Shown here: piece after piece, positions 1 to 10,398 of the stretch
Position numbering within the stretch: the stretch's first letter is position 1
Layout: each line of letters begins with the position of its first letter
From: an uncultured Calditrichaceae bacterium
GTDB taxonomy: Bacteria > Calditrichota > Calditrichia > RBG-13-44-9
Length of the DNA stretch: 64,000 nt
Assembly: GCA_964624795.1 (NCBI GenBank)
Contig: CAZUZS010000016.1
Location: 6,855 to 70,854 of the forward strand
Direction: 5' to 3'
Position numbers and translations under genes: made by a program
Notes under the pieces: model-generated
The model's database searches: none
The model's input: only the letters and a program-made list of their open reading frames with translations
What the model was told of the DNA's origin: nothing

Positions 1-542
1 GGATTCACCGCCAGGTGTTTAGCATTGGCGTACGGGCGATCGGTAGAAACGCCGATCCGTTCCAGCACCGGTGAGTTCACCCAGGCGGTGTGCCAGTCTT
101 TGCTGTCCAGCGCAATAAAATGGCGGGTACTGATGCTGTCCAACTGACGGAAAGTGGGATAATCGGACTCCGGCCACAAATTGTTGTTCCAGCCGCCGCC
201 GGTAACCCATTCGCCTTCCGGCGTTTTGTTTACCTTTTTCTCGATGCGGCTTAGCGCTTCCTGCAAGGAAGTGCAGTCGTACAGGCTCACTTCCTGCTGC
301 CTTTTAACGTAGCCGAGAAAATGGGTGTGGGAATCCTGGAAGGCGGGCAGCAGCAACCTGCCGTCGGCATCGATGCTGGTAGTATGCGGCTGGCGCAGGT
401 GCAGAATGTCCTCATCGGAGCCAACCGCCAGAATCCGGTTGCTGAAAACCGCCAGCGCGGTATCCGGCAGAAAACCTTCCACCGGATCGTAAATGCGGGC
501 ATTGAAAAGAATCAGATCAACAAAATTGTATGGCGCACTCAT
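1..542 (-). CDS. Amidohydrolase family protein (YtcJ-like), 5' part; runs off the left edge
   Basis: Not in the ORF track. Manual translation from the ATG at 542 gives MSAPYNFVDLILFNARIY...RILAVGSDEDI...IDADGRLLLPAFQDSHTHF...GEWVTGGGWN...DWHTAWVNS, with the typical N-terminal beta segment and D-x-H-x-H metal motif; no stop before base 1. Confidence 0.85.
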   Translation of the reverse strand, partial: MSAPYNFVDLILFNARIYDPVEGFLPDTALAVFSNRILAVGSDEDILHLRQPHTTSIDADGRLLLPAFQDSHTHFLGYVKRQQEVSLYDCTSLQEALSRIEKKVNKTPEGEWVTGGGWNNNLWPESDYPTFRQLDSISTRHFIALDSKDWHTAWVNSPVLERIGVSTDRPYANAKHLAVN

Positions 543-562
543 ACGGGTTTATAATAAAATGG

Positions 563-1162
563 TTATTTAAAAAACAGGTTCCGGATGCCGTCCAGTGCCA
601 TGTTAATACCGATGGCGCCAGCGATGAAACCGTTGACCCGCAGAAAATACACCATAAATTTATCGAAAGCTATCTTAAAGCGCTCTGATATAATTTTGTA
701 TTTGATGAGCGTTAATGAAATGATGACAATAAAATTTGCCAGCATGGCAATCATGATTAAAAAAATGGAATCGGGCACCGGGTAGCGGTTACCGATCACC
801 ACACAGATGGAAATGCTGCCGGCGCCCACCATGAAGGGCAGAGCGATCTCGGAAGCCAGCTCGTCCAGATTTCCCCGCAGCGTGATAAACGACTTTTTCC
901 CCTGGATGATGAAAATAAGCGCCATTGAAAAAATAACAATCCCGCCAAAAATGCGGAACGACTCGAAATCGATGGAGAGAAAGCGAAAGAGCGTCATGCC
1001 GAATTCGGAGAAAAACATGAAGATCAGAAGAGAAGTCAGGCTGGCTTTCACCAGCACCTTGTTGAAATCCCGCAAAGACAAGTCGTCCATCACCGGCTTC
1101 AGATAGACAAACAGGGCGAACGGATTGATCAAAACCAAAAGGGAAATCAGGGAAGAAAGCAA
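563..1162 (-). CDS. MarC family integral membrane protein
   Basis: 199 aa, hydrophobic; INPF near the N-terminus, FRIFGGIV and IALPFMVGAGSIS motifs. Confidence 0.85.
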   Translation of the reverse strand: MLSSLISLLVLINPFALFVYLKPVMDDLSLRDFNKVLVKASLTSLLIFMFFSEFGMTLFRFLSIDFESFRIFGGIVIFSMALIFIIQGKKSFITLRGNLDELASEIALPFMVGAGSISICVVIGNRYPVPDSIFLIMIAMLANFIVIISLTLIKYKIISERFKIAFDKFMVYFLRVNGFIAGAIGINMALDGIRNLFFK

Positions 1163-1208
1163 AGGCGGCGCCTCGTGTTTATTGATATTATGGTAAATAC
1201 TCGCCTAA

Positions 1209-1302
1209 CTTCCCGGAAGCTCTCTGCCCACACCTTACTTCGGGAAGATGCGGAAAAACCTCTTTAAACACCTGGGTATTTTTTCAAAAAGCTTCCGGGA
1301 AG
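1209..1302. repeat. Cluster of short palindromic repeats, CTTC(C)[C/G]GGAAG
   Basis: cttcccggaagct (1209-1221) is the exact reverse complement of agcttccgggaag (1290-1302); a third variant cttcgggaag lies at 1238-1247. Confidence 0.6.
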
Positions 1303-1356
1303 CTTACCAAATTACTCTGCCGTGCCGGCATTGTCGCACCTACTGCATCCGAAAAT

Positions 1357-2196
1357 TCACGTTAGAAATTTGTACCATACATTCATGCTTTCCAGCCGCC
1401 CCGAAATGTTAGTATTTTTGATCAGCGTGCCGCTGTAGCGGTAATCCATCCGGGCAAATGTAATATTCATGCCGAACGAGAGCGCCCGTGCGATAGTGTA
1501 GGCGGTCTTGAGTCCGCGTCGCCGCATTTCCTTCTCCATCTCATTCAGCAGAAACACCGCCAACCCGTTCCCACGGTAATCCGGCAACGTAGCGAAATCG
1601 GTCATTTCCACATTCTTCGCTTTCACATCCATCTCGGACGAAGACAGCGCTACCAGCCGCCCGCCTTCCCAAATGCCGAAATAGACAATATTTTCATCCA
1701 TGGTTTTAGCCAGGTATTCCGGGTCGTGGATGGGAAACGGGTAAGTGGCGAACACTTCTTTGTAAACCTCTGCCATCGCCGTGGCGTCCGGCCTTTCGCA
1801 CTTCCGGAAAGCAAATCTCTTATCCAACGCAAGCTCCGGCTCCTCCATTGCTTTGGACTTGGCGGTACGCAGGATGGAATTGATCTTCTCCATATTCTTC
1901 GTGTTTTTCCGGTTGGGCGACAAGTATTTGGCCAGGAAGAAAGCATCCCGTTCTCCTCCGAAAAACTGCGGCACCCGGGCTTCCTTCACATAGCCGTTTT
2001 CCAGGAATTCACTGCTCGCATAGGCGGGGATTTTAGCAAATATCTTGGTATATTTCTGTTTTTCCGCTTTGCGATCCAAAACATCGATAATGCCGGGAAA
2101 TTCGCTTTGCGAAAGCTTCATCAGGTAAATCCGGTCATTGAATTTCCCATGCTGAATCAGGGTGTTGCCAATGGTTTCAATTTGATCGTACATCAT
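1357..2196 (-). CDS. ablB: Beta-lysine N-acetyltransferase (GNAT)
   Basis: C-terminal GNAT fold with [17 protein letters not shown] and [17 protein letters not shown]...NTNISG motifs; two genes downstream of a lysine 2,3-aminomutase. Start set at MMYDQ behind GGAG (track start 2250). Confidence 0.85.
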   Translation of the reverse strand: MMYDQIETIGNTLIQHGKFNDRIYLMKLSQSEFPGIIDVLDRKAEKQKYTKIFAKIPAYASSEFLENGYVKEARVPQFFGGERDAFFLAKYLSPNRKNTKNMEKINSILRTAKSKAMEEPELALDKRFAFRKCERPDATAMAEVYKEVFATYPFPIHDPEYLAKTMDENIVYFGIWEGGRLVALSSSEMDVKAKNVEMTDFATLPDYRGNGLAVFLLNEMEKEMRRRGLKTAYTIARALSFGMNITFARMDYRYSGTLIKNTNISGRLESMNVWYKFLT

Positions 2197-3628
2197 ATTC
2201 TCCGGTTTGTTCAAATTCGGATTGAGGAACAACTGCCAGCGACAGCCCAAAAAAGAAAGCAGCCGAAACGATGATCCCGTAGAAGGCAGGGTCCAATCCG
2301 AAAGGTAAATCGATTTGAAATATTTGTAGAAAGATGGTGGTCAGCCCGCCGGATAACATGCTCCAGAATGCCGCCGAGGCGTTCGATTTTTTCCAGAAAT
2401 AAGCGCCCAGGGTGGGAACAAACAATCCCGATACCATGAATCCGTAGGCGTAAAGAATGGCGTTCAGCACATTGGTAAAAGAGGCGGCGATCACGATGGC
2501 GGTTGCCCCGATCAGCAGGGTTGCCACCTGCGAAATCCGCATGATCTGTTTGTCGGTGACCGATTTAAGAAAATATTTTTCAAGAATGTCATTCACAAAA
2601 TTGCCGGACGACGCCATCAGGCAGCTATCGGCAGTGGACATGATTGCCGAGAAGTAGGAAGCCACCACAATTCCGGTAATGCCAACCGGGAGCACGTTTT
2701 TTATCAGGAGCGGCAGCCCCATTTCGGGATCAACCTGCGGAAAGAGCACTCGTCCGCACAATCCTAAAAAAACGCCCAGGAAGGCCATCACCGGGTATTC
2801 GAAAAATCCGGCAATATACCAGGCGCGTTTGGCTTCCCGGGTATCCTTGCAGGCGTACATTCGCTGGTAGAGCGTCATAGCCACCAGCCAGATGGGAATG
2901 ATGGTGACCATCCAGTTCACAAATGTCGCCCACTCGATGTTCGTAAGGCTGAAAAATTCGGGGGGAAGGACATCCGCCAGCGCCGAAAACCCGCCGATGC
3001 GGATGAGCGCCAGGGGCGTTGCTAAACAGATCAATCCGAAAAGAAGGATAATCCACTGCACGGTGTCGGTGTAAATCACTGCCTTCAAGCCACCCAGAAC
3101 CGTGTAGCCGATGATCACAATGGCAATCACATAAAGCGAAAATTGAAGCGGCGAGATCCCGAATGGCGCTTTGTCGATGAGCGTGGCGGAAGCCAGCTTG
3201 GCGCCGGCCAGTACCTGGGCTCCGGTAAATCCCATGTAGCCAATCCCGGAGATGAGCGAAGCCGCAATCGCGACGCGACCGTTGTAACGAAAGCGCAGAA
3301 AATCCGGGTAGGTCATCATGCCGTGTTTGGCATCAATGGCCTTAATTTTGGGAATGATGAAAACCGCCGAGAGCCACGCACCCACCAGTCCGGTGAACAG
3401 CAGCCAGCTTCCGGCCAGCCCGATGGTAAATCCCAGCCCGCCCAACCCGATGGAAAAACCGCCGCCTACATCGGTGGCCACGATTGACAGTCCCACATGA
3501 GTGGACGAAATCGAGCGGCTTCCCACGTAGTAATCTTCCGCATTTTTGTTCCGGCGGAAAAAGTAGTAGCCGATTCCCAGCACCGTCATCATGTAAAGGC
3601 CGAATATGGCGTAATCAATCAAATGCAT
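2177..3628 (-). CDS. Sodium:solute symporter (SSS) family protein
   Basis: 483 aa with about 13 hydrophobic segments; [22 protein letters not shown] and SAIMSTADS motifs. Confidence 0.9.
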   Translation of the reverse strand: MHLIDYAIFGLYMMTVLGIGYYFFRRNKNAEDYYVGSRSISSTHVGLSIVATDVGGGFSIGLGGLGFTIGLAGSWLLFTGLVGAWLSAVFIIPKIKAIDAKHGMMTYPDFLRFRYNGRVAIAASLISGIGYMGFTGAQVLAGAKLASATLIDKAPFGISPLQFSLYVIAIVIIGYTVLGGLKAVIYTDTVQWIILLFGLICLATPLALIRIGGFSALADVLPPEFFSLTNIEWATFVNWMVTIIPIWLVAMTLYQRMYACKDTREAKRAWYIAGFFEYPVMAFLGVFLGLCGRVLFPQVDPEMGLPLLIKNVLPVGITGIVVASYFSAIMSTADSCLMASSGNFVNDILEKYFLKSVTDKQIMRISQVATLLIGATAIVIAASFTNVLNAILYAYGFMVSGLFVPTLGAYFWKKSNASAAFWSMLSGGLTTIFLQIFQIDLPFGLDPAFYGIIVSAAFFFGLSLAVVPQSEFEQTGEYDVRSN

Positions 3629-3642
3629 GAGCGCTAACCGGT

Positions 3643-4977
3643 TTAATTGCCCTTACCATTCCCATTTTTCCTTCTTCTCATGCGGTCGATATTGCGGGGA
3701 ATGAGCGAATAGGTTTTATCGTGGTCGGACATGAGCTGCGCAATGCCCACCGCCCTGTCCTCTTCGGCATCTTCAAGTTTAAGATACAGCCTGCAGTTGT
3801 CACAGTCCCGGTCGCAAAACACCGGCTCATAGGAATCCGGCTCTTTGTAGGTAGTAATCACTCCTTCATAATTTCGCAGGATCACCTTGTTGGTTGACCA
3901 GGAAATGAGGTATTGCGGCATCACCGGGATTTTGCCGCCGCCGCCCGGCGCATCGATCACAAATGTGGGAACCGCGAATCCACTGGTGTGCCCGATCAGG
4001 CTTTCGATGATTTCGATGCCCTTACCAATCGGGGTGCGGAAATGGGAGAGCCCTTCCGACAAGTCGCACTGATAGAGGTAGTAGGGCCGCACCCGATTCT
4101 GCACCAGTTTGTGTACCAGCGATTTCATGATCCGGGGGCAATCGTTCACGCCGGCCAGCAACACCGATTGATTTCCCAGCGGGATTCCGGCATCCGCCAG
4201 CTTGCGCAGCGCCTCGCGGGATGAAGCGGTAATTTCCCGTGGATGGTTGAAGTGTGTATTGATCCACAACGGGTGGTGTTTCTTCAACATTTCAACCAAT
4301 TCATTCGTTATCCGGTAGGGCAGCACCACCGGCATGCGGGTTCCGATGCGAACCACTTCCACGTGCGGTATCTTTTCCAGCTCACTCAGAATCCAGTCCA
4401 GATAATCGTCCGACAGCATGAACGGATCGCCGCCGGAGAGAAGCACATCCCGCACCGCCGGTGTGTTCCGGATATATTCCAGGCCCTTCAGCATATCTGC
4501 CCGGACCGGAATATGGTCCCGGTCGCCCACTTTTCTTTTGCGTGTGCAGTGCCGGCAATACATGGAGCACACGTTACTGATATGAAAAAGCACCCGGTCG
4601 GGATAGCGGTGGGTGATACCCGGAACCGGACTATCGCGGTCCTCCGCCAGCGGATCTTTCATATCGTGCTTTTGAACCATGGTCTCCGCCGGTTGTGGAA
4701 AAGCCTGCTTGAACACCGGGTCGTTCTGGTAATTCTCGGTTTCAATCAGCGACAAGTAGTAGGGCGTTATCGAAAGCGGGAACTTGCTGATCGTCTCATC
4801 CAGCATTTCCCTTTTCTCCTTACTGAAGCGGATGCCCAGTAATTTCTGGAAAGTACCGATGTCCCGAACGCTATTGCGGATCTGCCATTTCCAATCCTTC
4901 CAATTGGCGATCAATGCCGTGGAACTTATTTTTTCAGCGATTTCCTGCTGCTTATCATTAAAAATCATTTCTATCAA
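3643..4977 (-). CDS. ablA: Lysine 2,3-aminomutase (radical SAM, PLP)
   Basis: CSMYCRHC radical SAM motif; [21 protein letters not shown] and [10 protein letters not shown] motifs; linked to ablB. Confidence 0.93.
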   Translation of the reverse strand: MIEMIFNDKQQEIAEKISSTALIANWKDWKWQIRNSVRDIGTFQKLLGIRFSKEKREMLDETISKFPLSITPYYLSLIETENYQNDPVFKQAFPQPAETMVQKHDMKDPLAEDRDSPVPGITHRYPDRVLFHISNVCSMYCRHCTRKRKVGDRDHIPVRADMLKGLEYIRNTPAVRDVLLSGGDPFMLSDDYLDWILSELEKIPHVEVVRIGTRMPVVLPYRITNELVEMLKKHHPLWINTHFNHPREITASSREALRKLADAGIPLGNQSVLLAGVNDCPRIMKSLVHKLVQNRVRPYYLYQCDLSEGLSHFRTPIGKGIEIIESLIGHTSGFAVPTFVIDAPGGGGKIPVMPQYLISWSTNKVILRNYEGVITTYKEPDSYEPVFCDRDCDNCRLYLKLEDAEEDRAVGIAQLMSDHDKTYSLIPRNIDRMRRRKNGNGKGN

Positions 4978-5540
4978 CTCCGAGTTGTTTTATTAAAAAT
5001 TCGTGTTCGATCAATTATTCAGGCAGAGCACATTTGACCGGCGCGCACACGGGCGGGGCAATTCCTGCAATTAATCACAAGTGACCGGACATCAGGCGCC
5101 CAATGCAAAAGGCTAACCGGCTGTCTGCCCCAAAATTATTTCAGATTATTAAAGTGGGATGAAAGCCCAGATGTGGACAAAACTTTGCGACAAATTGGTG
5201 AAGGATGATAAAGCTCCTTTGGAGCATTTGCTGAAAATCATGAGAAACAAGCCGGTGTCCCGCAACTGGTTATTGCACTTCAGGCGAAATTTCAGAAAAT
5301 TTATTAAAAGTGGGGTTTCGACTCGTTTTATTTTGCTCATCTTTGTTCGCAAATCATTTATCTTCAACACCATCAATAATATAGAGAAGACCAGCAGGAG
5401 CATCAAGGATTAATATATTCTTCCACAATTGCGGCTTGTTGCCGGACGGCGTCCGGCACTAATCTTTGGCGTTTCACCGCCGCCTCGAAATAAATATTTA
5501 CTGACAAAGATGGGGTGCAAAACAAAATCAATAAACAAGA

Positions 5541-5560
5541 AACCCCGCCGCAGCGGGGTT
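5541..5560 (-). terminator. Intrinsic terminator downstream of rpoZ
   Basis: aaccccgc-cgca-gcggggtt 8-bp stem followed on the minus strand by TCTTGTTT. Confidence 0.7.
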
Positions 5561-5568
5561 CGCAAAAT

Positions 5569-5868
5569 CTATCGTTTGGTCGGTTCGTAATGGAAATTCA
5601 ACTGGTCCGTTAAAAACTCCCGCTGGGCGGTGATCATCGGATTTTCCTCAGATTCTATCGGTTCTTCCTCCTCCACCCGCTCTTCTTCGGTGTTCAGGAA
5701 TTCTTCTTCGAATTCTCCTTCCAGTTCCTCCAGAATCTGGCGATCCCTTTTCTTCTGAAAAAGCTCTTCGTTGATCTGCCGTGCCCGGCGGGCCACTACC
5801 ATGGCCGATTCGTATAAATTGACCGAATTTTCCAAGAACTGTTTTATATCTTGCGTCTCTGCCGGCAT
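5569..5868 (-). CDS. rpoZ: DNA-directed RNA polymerase subunit omega (Bacteroidota/Chlorobi-like)
   Basis: NLYESAMVVARRARQIN motif, acidic middle segment and NPMITAQREFL C-terminal motif. Confidence 0.8.
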   Translation of the reverse strand: MPAETQDIKQFLENSVNLYESAMVVARRARQINEELFQKKRDRQILEELEGEFEEEFLNTEEERVEEEEPIESEENPMITAQREFLTDQLNFHYEPTKR

Positions 5869-6182
5869 AAATTCTCTCCTTCTCTTCGTACTAATTTTTT
5901 AGCCTGCAAATATAAAGAAAGAATAGAATTATTCCAAAGGATTTAATTTTTGCAGGGAATGGCATTTGGGGTGAATAGCCGCAGTGTAATTACTGCGAGA
6001 TTGGAACGCCCGAGTAATGGAGTTGCGCATTCCGCAAAGTGGAAACGGCAGATCACCCGACACCCATTCGCTGCAACATATCGCTGCCCACGAGCAAGGC
6101 TTTGCCAAAATCTACGTTCCCCTATTGGAAAGTATATTGCCATCTCGTATATTCTGCAGACATCTATTGGAAAGGAAGAATC

Positions 6183-7973
6183 ATGTTTCAGAGTGTCGTT
6201 CAGATCCTGCTCAACAGCATTGAAAGCTACCCCGACAAGCCCGCCCTGCTCTACAAAGAAAACGGCAAATACCTGGAAATATCCTACCGTGAATTGGGAA
6301 ACCGGATTGAGAAGATCGCCCGCGGATTGCTCGCCTCGGGATTACGGGCCGGAGACCGAATTGCCATTCTTTCTTACAACCGCCCGGAATGGACGATCAG
6401 CGATTTCGCTATTTTTTCGATGGGCGGGGTTGTGGTGCCTATTTACCACACACTGCCGCCAAACCAGATTGCCTACATTTTGAAGGATGCCGGAGTGCGG
6501 GCGATTTTTGTGGAAGACCAAACTCAGTATGAAAAAATCACACAAATCAAATCCACCTGCCCGGAGCTGGAATTTATTTTCCCATTTGGAGAAATCGATT
6601 CTGCACAGGAAGAGTTGGCCTCGTTCACCGAACTGCTGGAACGGGGAGAGGCTCACCGCCAGGCGAACCCCGGCCTGTATCGCCAAACAGTAGATGCAAT
6701 TGATCCCGCAGCCATTTGCAGCCTGGTTTACACATCCGGCACCACCGGTAATCCCAAAGGTGTTATGCTAAACCACGAGGGATTTGTGATCGACATTGTA
6801 GATAGCGAAGCGATTTTTGGAATCTACCCGGAAGATGTGTTTCTTTCGTTCCTGCCGCTCAGCCACCTCTACGAAAGATTGGGCGGGCACTGGTGCCCGC
6901 TTTATCGGGGCGCTACCATCGCTTATGCAACCGATATTACCACCGTTGTCGATAATATCCAGTTGGTGCGGCCGACCGTAATGGTAAGCGTGCCAAGGCT
7001 CTATGAAAAGATCAGCAGCAGCGTGATTGAACAAGTGGAATCCGGTTCCGGGCTGAAGAAGAAACTGTTCTACTGGGCGTTGAAAACCGGGCGGCGCTAT
7101 CACGACAAGAAATTCGAAAATCGTTCGGATGTTTTCACTTCGGCAAAATACCGTCTGGCCGACAAAGTCGTTTTCAGCAAGATCAAGAAGAAACTGGGCG
7201 GCCGTTTCCGCTTTCCCATCTCCGGCGGGGCGCCGCTGCCAACCGAAACCCTGAAATTCTTCGAGGCAATCGGGCTTCAAATCATTGAAGGATACGGAAT
7301 GACCGAAACCCATCTCATTATTGCGCTCACCCCGCCCGGGAAAACAAAATACGGCTCGTGCGGTAAAACGATCCCTCACGTGGAAGTGAAAGTAGATGCA
7401 GATGGTGAAATTTTGGTGCGGGGCAAAACCGTCATGTGCGGATATTACAACAGACCGGAGCTCACCAGTGAGGCAATTGACAAAAACGGATGGCTGCACA
7501 CCGGCGACATCGGCCATCTGGACGAGGACAACTACCTTTTCATCACCGACCGCAAGAAGAACATTCTGGTCACCGCCGGGGGCAAGAACATTGCGCCGGC
7601 GCCCATTGAGAATGTCCTCAAACTAAGCAAATACATAGACGATATCTGCCTGATTGGCGACAAGCGCAAATTCATAAGCGCCATCATCATTCCCAATTTT
7701 GATCATTTGAAAAAATGGGCTGATGAAAACGGGATACCGGACGGCGACAATCAAAAGCTGGCCAGCGATCCGAAGGTTCAACAAATGATGGCGGACAAGA
7801 TCGAAGCGCTTCAGACCGACTTTGCCCGTTACGAAAAAGTGAAGAAATTTTTGTTACTGCCTGAGCCGCTCACCATTGAAAATGGCGAACTGACCCCCAG
7901 CCTGAAAATCAAACGCAACGTGGTGGAGAAGCGTTTTAAATCCGAGATCGACAAGCTGTACGCAGAGTTATAA
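6183..7973 (+). CDS. Long-chain fatty acid--CoA ligase (AMP-binding)
   Basis: YTSGTTGNPKG, EGYGMTE, WLHTGDIG and DRKK motifs. Start moved to MFQSVV behind AGGAAG (track start 6039). Confidence 0.92.
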   Translation: MFQSVVQILLNSIESYPDKPALLYKENGKYLEISYRELGNRIEKIARGLLASGLRAGDRIAILSYNRPEWTISDFAIFSMGGVVVPIYHTLPPNQIAYILKDAGVRAIFVEDQTQYEKITQIKSTCPELEFIFPFGEIDSAQEELASFTELLERGEAHRQANPGLYRQTVDAIDPAAICSLVYTSGTTGNPKGVMLNHEGFVIDIVDSEAIFGIYPEDVFLSFLPLSHLYERLGGHWCPLYRGATIAYATDITTVVDNIQLVRPTVMVSVPRLYEKISSSVIEQVESGSGLKKKLFYWALKTGRRYHDKKFENRSDVFTSAKYRLADKVVFSKIKKKLGGRFRFPISGGAPLPTETLKFFEAIGLQIIEGYGMTETHLIIALTPPGKTKYGSCGKTIPHVEVKVDADGEILVRGKTVMCGYYNRPELTSEAIDKNGWLHTGDIGHLDEDNYLFITDRKKNILVTAGGKNIAPAPIENVLKLSKYIDDICLIGDKRKFISAIIIPNFDHLKKWADENGIPDGDNQKLASDPKVQQMMADKIEALQTDFARYEKVKKFLLLPEPLTIENGELTPSLKIKRNVVEKRFKSEIDKLYAEL

Positions 7974-7998
7974 GTCTCCAAATAGACCTTTCCCGCAA

Positions 7999-8028
7999 CC
8001 TCCTCCCCCAATGCACCAGGGGAGGAGG
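7999..8028. terminator. GC-rich hairpin after the acyl-CoA ligase (terminator or REP-like element)
   Basis: cctcctcccc / ggggaggagg 10-bp stem with a 10-nt loop; no clear U-tract. Confidence 0.4.
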
Positions 8029-8180
8029 AGAGAAGTGCGGTGCAGAATCGTCGCAGATAAACATTTATTCAGCATGAAAAACTTAGCATTGATTTTTTGT
8101 ATTAATTTCTTGGCGCCTTTGCGGCTTGGCGAGAGATTTTTGGCAAATCTTCAGTAAGAATAAAATGAAAGGAAAATAAA

Positions 8181-9368
8181 ATGCCGAAATTATCCAAATG
8201 GGATTTGAACTCCCGCTTTGTCCACAGCGGCAGCGATATAGATTATTCGAAAGTGCGCACGCCCAATCCCCCCATATTCCAGACCAGCAACTTTCTATAC
8301 GAAGATGTGGAAAGCGGCACGGACATCCTGGTGGGGAAAAAACCGGGCTTCATCTACAGCCGTTACAGCAATCCAACCGTGGATGTGCTGAATGCAGTGA
8401 TGGCCGATATGGAGGGCGGCGAGGCGGCACTCAGTTTTGGCACCGGGCTGTCCGCCATCTCCTCGGCGGTAATGGCCTACTGCAAACCGGGCGATCATAT
8501 CGTTTCCTCATCGCTCATTTACGGCGGAACATTCCATCTCTTCCAGGATCACTTTGCCCGGCTGGGCGTGGAGACCACATTTGTCGATCCCACCGATCTG
8601 GAGCAGGTGGAAGCCGGCATTCGTCCCAACACCCGCATTCTCTATACCGAGCCGCTGGCCAATCCCACGCTGGTCAGCTCCGACATTTTCAGTTGGGCAG
8701 TTTTGGCACACCAGCACAAATGCAAACTCCTGGTGGACAATACGTTCACGCCCCCGCCAATCTTCCTGCCGCTGGATGCCGGGGCGGATGTGGTGCTTCA
8801 CAGCGCCACCAAGTACCTGGGCGGGCATTCCGACCTCACTGGCGGGGTGGTCGTGGCCTCAAAGGAGGAGATGGAAAAAATTGAGCCATATTTAAAATAC
8901 CACGGTGGGGTGATCTCGCCCATGATTGCCTGGCTGCTGGTGCGGGGCATTCGCACCATGGGAATTCGCCTGGAGCGGCAGTGCGACAATGCCATGGCAA
9001 TTGCTCAATTCCTGGAAAAACATACCGCGGTAGCGAAGGTAAATTACGCCGGACTGCCGACGAACCCGCAGTATGAATTTAATCAGCGGCATTTCAAGAA
9101 ATTCAGCGGAATGCTCTCTTTCGAGGTGAAAGGTGGATTTGCGGCAGCTAAGAAGGTCATGCAGAGGCTGGAGCTGATTCTTTTCACAGTCAGCCTTGGC
9201 GATGTTGCCAGCCTGGTTTCGCATCCCGCATCCACATCCCATATTTATCTCACCCCGGAAGAGCGGGCCGCTATCGGCGTGACGGAAGGCTTGCTGCGGC
9301 TGTCGGTGGGCATCGAATCTGCAGACGATCTGATCAACGACCTGGACAATGCGCTTAGCGGGCTGTGA
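8181..9368 (+). CDS. PLP-dependent trans-sulfuration enzyme (methionine gamma-lyase / cystathionine gamma-synthase family)
   Basis: YSRYSNPT, VDNTF, HSATKYLGGHSD (PLP lysine), VSLGDVASL and LLRLSVGIE motifs. Confidence 0.9.
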   Translation: MPKLSKWDLNSRFVHSGSDIDYSKVRTPNPPIFQTSNFLYEDVESGTDILVGKKPGFIYSRYSNPTVDVLNAVMADMEGGEAALSFGTGLSAISSAVMAYCKPGDHIVSSSLIYGGTFHLFQDHFARLGVETTFVDPTDLEQVEAGIRPNTRILYTEPLANPTLVSSDIFSWAVLAHQHKCKLLVDNTFTPPPIFLPLDAGADVVLHSATKYLGGHSDLTGGVVVASKEEMEKIEPYLKYHGGVISPMIAWLLVRGIRTMGIRLERQCDNAMAIAQFLEKHTAVAKVNYAGLPTNPQYEFNQRHFKKFSGMLSFEVKGGFAAAKKVMQRLELILFTVSLGDVASLVSHPASTSHIYLTPEERAAIGVTEGLLRLSVGIESADDLINDLDNALSGL

Positions 9369-9500
9369 TTCGATCATAAACAGGTAGGTGGCATTGCCCC
9401 TCTTTGGGTACCAGGCGCTACGCAATCACACAAATCTCTTGATCAACTCGCCTGATTTCCTTAATATCCTTATTAGTCTTGAGAGAAACCTGGATTTCGT

Positions 9501-10301
9501 TTGAATTACGTTCTCATTTTCCTGTTAGCCATTCTTTCCTCCACCGCCAGCGCCATGGTAGGCCTGGGCGGCGGACTGCTGTTGATCCCATTCCTGATTC
9601 TGATCTTTGACCTGCCGGTGAAATATGTAGCGGGCACCATGCTGTTTGCCATGGTGCCGTTTACGTTAGTCGCCACTATCCGCAATTTCCGGCAAGGATT
9701 CGTCAATCTCAAAATCGGAATGATTATGGAAGCCGGTTCCGTCCTGGGGGTGATCTCGGGAGCCAATTTCTCAACAATGATTCCCGATTTTGCTTTGAAA
9801 ATTCTGTTTGTGCTGGTCGTTCTGTACCTCATGTTCACGCTCAAGATTCCGTCCGATTCGCCATACAATTATGTGGCCCGTGTCTTCCGGGTGCTCAATC
9901 ATATCCCGCCTACCATAAAATGCGACCCGTGCCGGGGGAACAACAGGCTCAGCATTCCGGCATTAATATTGGTTGGAATGACCGCCGGACTTTTCAGCGG
10001 AATGCTGGGGATTGGAGGCGGATTTCTAAAAACGCCGGTGCTTATAGTGGGGGTTATGCTGGCGCCAAAGCTGGCAGTCGGAACTGCGCTTTCCATGATC
10101 TTCGTCACCGCCTCCTTTGGCACCATTACACATGCCTTCCTGGGACATATTTTTTACCCGATCGCACTTATCGTTTCCGCCGGTATGATTATCGGTGCCT
10201 ACTGGGGAACGAAAATCATGAAAACCCTTCCCGAAGAACGGATAAAGAAATTCATTTTCTACGCCATGCTTGCCGCGGGAGTGTTGACGTTTTTTAGATA
10301 G
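9501..10301 (+). CDS. TauE/SafE (TSUP) family sulfite exporter
   Basis: Two repeats of the GLGGG/GIGGG motif; hydrophobic throughout; TTG start. Confidence 0.85.
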   Translation: MNYVLIFLLAILSSTASAMVGLGGGLLLIPFLILIFDLPVKYVAGTMLFAMVPFTLVATIRNFRQGFVNLKIGMIMEAGSVLGVISGANFSTMIPDFALKILFVLVVLYLMFTLKIPSDSPYNYVARVFRVLNHIPPTIKCDPCRGNNRLSIPALILVGMTAGLFSGMLGIGGGFLKTPVLIVGVMLAPKLAVGTALSMIFVTASFGTITHAFLGHIFYPIALIVSAGMIIGAYWGTKIMKTLPEERIKKFIFYAMLAAGVLTFFR

Positions 10302-10398
10302 TACAGTGATTAAATTAATTTGGCATTCCCCCTCTCAAAATTCGCTTTTATAAAAATTTCCCTTTTCCTATATTCCAACCGAAATTAAGCTGAAGGAT

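Noticed and set aside
5149-5413. Overlapping 84-85 aa ORFs on opposite strands between ablA and rpoZ
   Set aside because: Neither has a recognisable motif or convincing RBS; I cannot tell whether either is real.
8110-8135. ttggcgcctttgcggcttggcgaga iterated motif
   Set aside because: Resembles one arm of a dispersed repeat, but no partner arm was found and a single degenerate copy is too weak to call.
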